The position numbers and the translations under genes are program-made. A model generated the notes under the pieces. That model was not told the DNA's origin and ran no database searches. It worked only from the letters and a program-made list of their open reading frames with translations. From Cetorhinus maximus (lineage: Eukaryota), in NCBI RefSeq assembly GCF_964194155.1, contig NC_135896.1, positions 39,122,001 to 39,186,000 of the forward strand: a stretch of 64,000 nt of DNA, read 5' to 3'. Below, piece after piece: positions 61,450-64,000 of the stretch (position 1 is its first letter; the number at the start of each line of letters is the position of its first letter).

Positions 61450-62055
61450 CATTAAAACTTAATTTGCAGGTGCAAAAATGATCAAAAATGTCAGTGGGAT
61501 ACTCTGATTCATCACAAATATATAGAGCACTGTTCAGACCTTATTTGCAATATTGTGTTCAGTTTTGTAGACCCACTTTAGGGAGGATATTCATAAATAT
61601 CCTTCTTTTAGGGGAAATAATCCAACAGTCTGAGGTAAACAAGTTAGGTTTCGATAATATTCACTGTGGATGAGGAGGTTAACGGGCAATATCATCAAGA
61701 AATTTAAATTAATGAAGGAAATTTGATAGGTTTGATAGGCAGGGAAATTCAGAGTAAGAGGAATGCAACTAGAATCAAAGCAAATTGGATTAAAAGCAAT
61801 TCTAGGAAAGCTGTCTTCACACAAAAAACATTTTTATGCAGAGAGTGGCTAAGACCTGAGAGTGTGGTGGAGGCAGATTCAATCTTGGCATTCAAAAGAG
61901 AATTGGATAAGCAACTGAAGAGAAGAATTTGCTGGGCTATGAAGAAAGGACAGGTGAGTGAGACTAGCTCAGCTGTTCTTGCAGAGAGCGCACAGACACG
62001 AGGCCTGAAAGGCCTCCTTCTGTGCAGTAACCATTCTATGTTTCCATGATTCTAT
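61450..62055 (+). mobile_element. Degenerate CR1 3' fragment(s)
   Basis: IYRALFRPYLQYCVQF and PESVVEADSILAFKRELDKQL, with tail cattctatgtttccatgattctatg. Confidence 0.65.
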
Positions 62056-62389
62056 GAATGGTTTGTGAAAAGTGAAACATACTGCCCCAAAAGGTCAAAC
62101 CTGTTTAAGTATCTCAAAAGCTGATAGATACTTAACTGGGAGGTAAATGTATTGAAGGAAAATGGAAAAAATGTAAGGAATTATGATTAAAAGATAGAGC
62201 TACCATGGATAACGAAATGGCTGAGCCAGCCTGATGGTCCAAATAAGTTTACATCTTTTACAAAAAAACCTAGTAAGTGATGCAAGTTTAATGATTATAT
62301 CTTTCAAGTAGAGTAAATATATCTGGATCTTTTGGCTATCTGGAAATCCAGCAAGCCTGACTTAAATTTAATCAAATCTGTAATTCCAC

Positions 62390-62995
62390 TGTAAGCCCAC
62401 TGATTCCCACAGCTACCTTAATTACACTTCCTTCCACCTGGCTTCCAGTAAGGACTTGATTCCATTCTCCCAGTTTCTCCATGTCCATCTCCGTCTCACC
62501 TATTCAGGTGATGCCACTTTCCACACTAGTGATTCTGATATGTCTTATTTTTTCCTCAACTGAGGATTCCCTCCACCAATTTTGATAGGGTCATTGACCA
62601 TCTCCATTCCATTTTTTGCATTTCTGTTCTCATCCATTCCTCTCTGTTCCAGAATCTTGTCCTCATCTTCCACCCACCAGCCTTCACATTCATTGGATCA
62701 TCCTCTGCTATTTCCACCACATCCAGGGTCATGCTACCACAAAAAATATGCAGTCTCATCTACATTGGATAAACCAAGCACGGATTGGGTGACCACTGTG
62801 TGGAACATCTCCATTCAGTCCTCAAGCGTAACCCTGAGATTCTAGTTGACATTCATTTTAATTCTCCACCACATCCCACACTGATCTTCTAACCTCAGCC
62901 AACTGCACTGTTCCAATGAAGCTCAATGGGAGCTCCCAGAATAGCACCTTATCTTTCAATTAAGCATTTTACAGCCTTCTGGACTCAACACTGGT
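62390..62995 (+). pseudogene. Penelope-like element ORF fragment (RT thumb and GIY-YIG endonuclease)
   Basis: KPTDSHSYLNYTSFH...IPFSQFL, YIG*TKHGLGDHCVEHLHSV and HLIFQL..LQPSGLN. Confidence 0.85.
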
Positions 62996-63001
62996 CATAA
63001 C

Positions 63002-64000
63002 TGTAGTATTAGGGTGTTCAGGACCAAAAGGGTTAATGTGGGACTGGGGAAACAGTACTGCGAAGGTGGTGATATAAAGGGAGTCACGTGACTAGTGTAG
63101 TAGTTCAGTTGTGGAGTAGCATGTAGTAGGGTATAAGTCTGCATGAAGGTAGCCATTCAAAGAGAATACAGTACATATGGAAATAGTTGTGTGTTAATAA
63201 TAAACAGTTACTGTTCTGACATTCAAGCCTATAGGCCTCTTCTCATGAGACAACCACAACAACATACAACATGGTGGCAGCCGGTGATGGACCCCAAAAT
63301 CTCCAAAATTAAAGAAGACAAAAACTGACCTAAGAAAATTGTGTCATATTGAACACTTCGAGGACACAGCTGGAAATCACCAGAGTAGCTCCTTCACAGG
63401 CACGGAAACAAGGGCAGAAAAAGAATTCCACCATGCAACTCAAAAGGACCCCCCCAAAGCACGTGGATATCCTTTGTGAAACCCAATCGATAACAGAGCC
63501 AGAAGGTCTACTGACAATCCAAAGTGGGTGAGATCAAACTTTGGATAAGGCTTTAAAAACATTTCATATACAAGGCAGCACTAGCATACTGTTTATTTAA
63601 AAAAGCATGGCTGAAGAACGCTGCAGCCTGGTCCAGAGACGGCACCATACTATGTGGCGACAGCGCAAAAAGAAAACAGCTGGAGAGAACTAGAGGCAAA
63701 AAACAGCTTAAAACTATACCCACCAGACGCAGCAAAGCAACTAACTGTCAACTACAATAACTTCTAGCGATTTTTCCTGAAAAATTGCCAAAGTTTAAAC
63801 CAGCTCAGTAATTGTGGTAGCTATCAGAGAGAAAGTTTGGCAAGCGCAGGGAAAGCTGATTACCACAGCACCATCTTAAAAATTTAAAGCAGACTTCCCC
63901 AGAGCTGAAAACTGCCATGGATGGAAAATTTACACTGCCAGATCGTTTGGGGCAGATGGAAAGGCCTGACCAAACACAAAATTGAGTCTGATGGAGAAGA
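63002..64000 (+). mobile_element. 5' end of a Gypsy-type LTR retrotransposon: LTR 63002-63271, leader, degenerate gag start at 63917
   Basis: LTR runs TGTAGTA...TACAACA and contains TATAAA and AATAAA, followed immediately by a primer-binding site. MDGKFTLPDRLG... resembles a gag N-terminus with stops. Runs off the window. Confidence 0.8.
63272..63286 (+). other. Primer-binding site complementary to a tRNA-Leu 3' end
   Basis: TGGTGGCAGCCGGTG matches the complement of ...CACCGCUGCCA-CCA with one extra base. Confidence 0.7.

Overview
Repeat-dominated vertebrate genomic DNA, most likely intronic or intergenic sequence from a cartilaginous fish (shark-like). That assignment is inferred from the repeat mix: CR1, L2, RTE and a second CR1-group LINE family, Deu-domain SINEs, Penelope/Poseidon-like remnants and Gypsy-type LTRs. 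I found no host protein-coding exon I can support. The dominant signal is a PIF/Harbinger DNA-transposon system. It includes two near-full-length two-gene copies (36381-41041 and 53242-57277), each with a spliced Myb/SANT-like gene on + converging on a DDE HARBI1-type transposase on -, both pseudogenised. It also includes two truncated copies (3327-5700, 6340-9060) and about a dozen non-autonomous elements sharing GGGC(A/T)GAATTTT-like termini and 3-bp target duplications. The observations most worth follow-up are: (1) an ORF1-less LINE whose 5' end looks like a tRNA-derived SINE head, with its probable SINE derivative next to it; (2) a Harbinger MITE family built as a chain of short hairpins; (3) Penelope remnants that begin or fold back at a minimal hammerhead-ribozyme motif; (4) an isolated 85-bp-stem hairpin; (5) an in-frame 30-bp VNTR in a Harbinger Myb gene; (6) a 350-bp local duplication of a three-element nested junction. 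All family assignments were made by eye from motifs, and boundaries of degenerate repeats are approximate.
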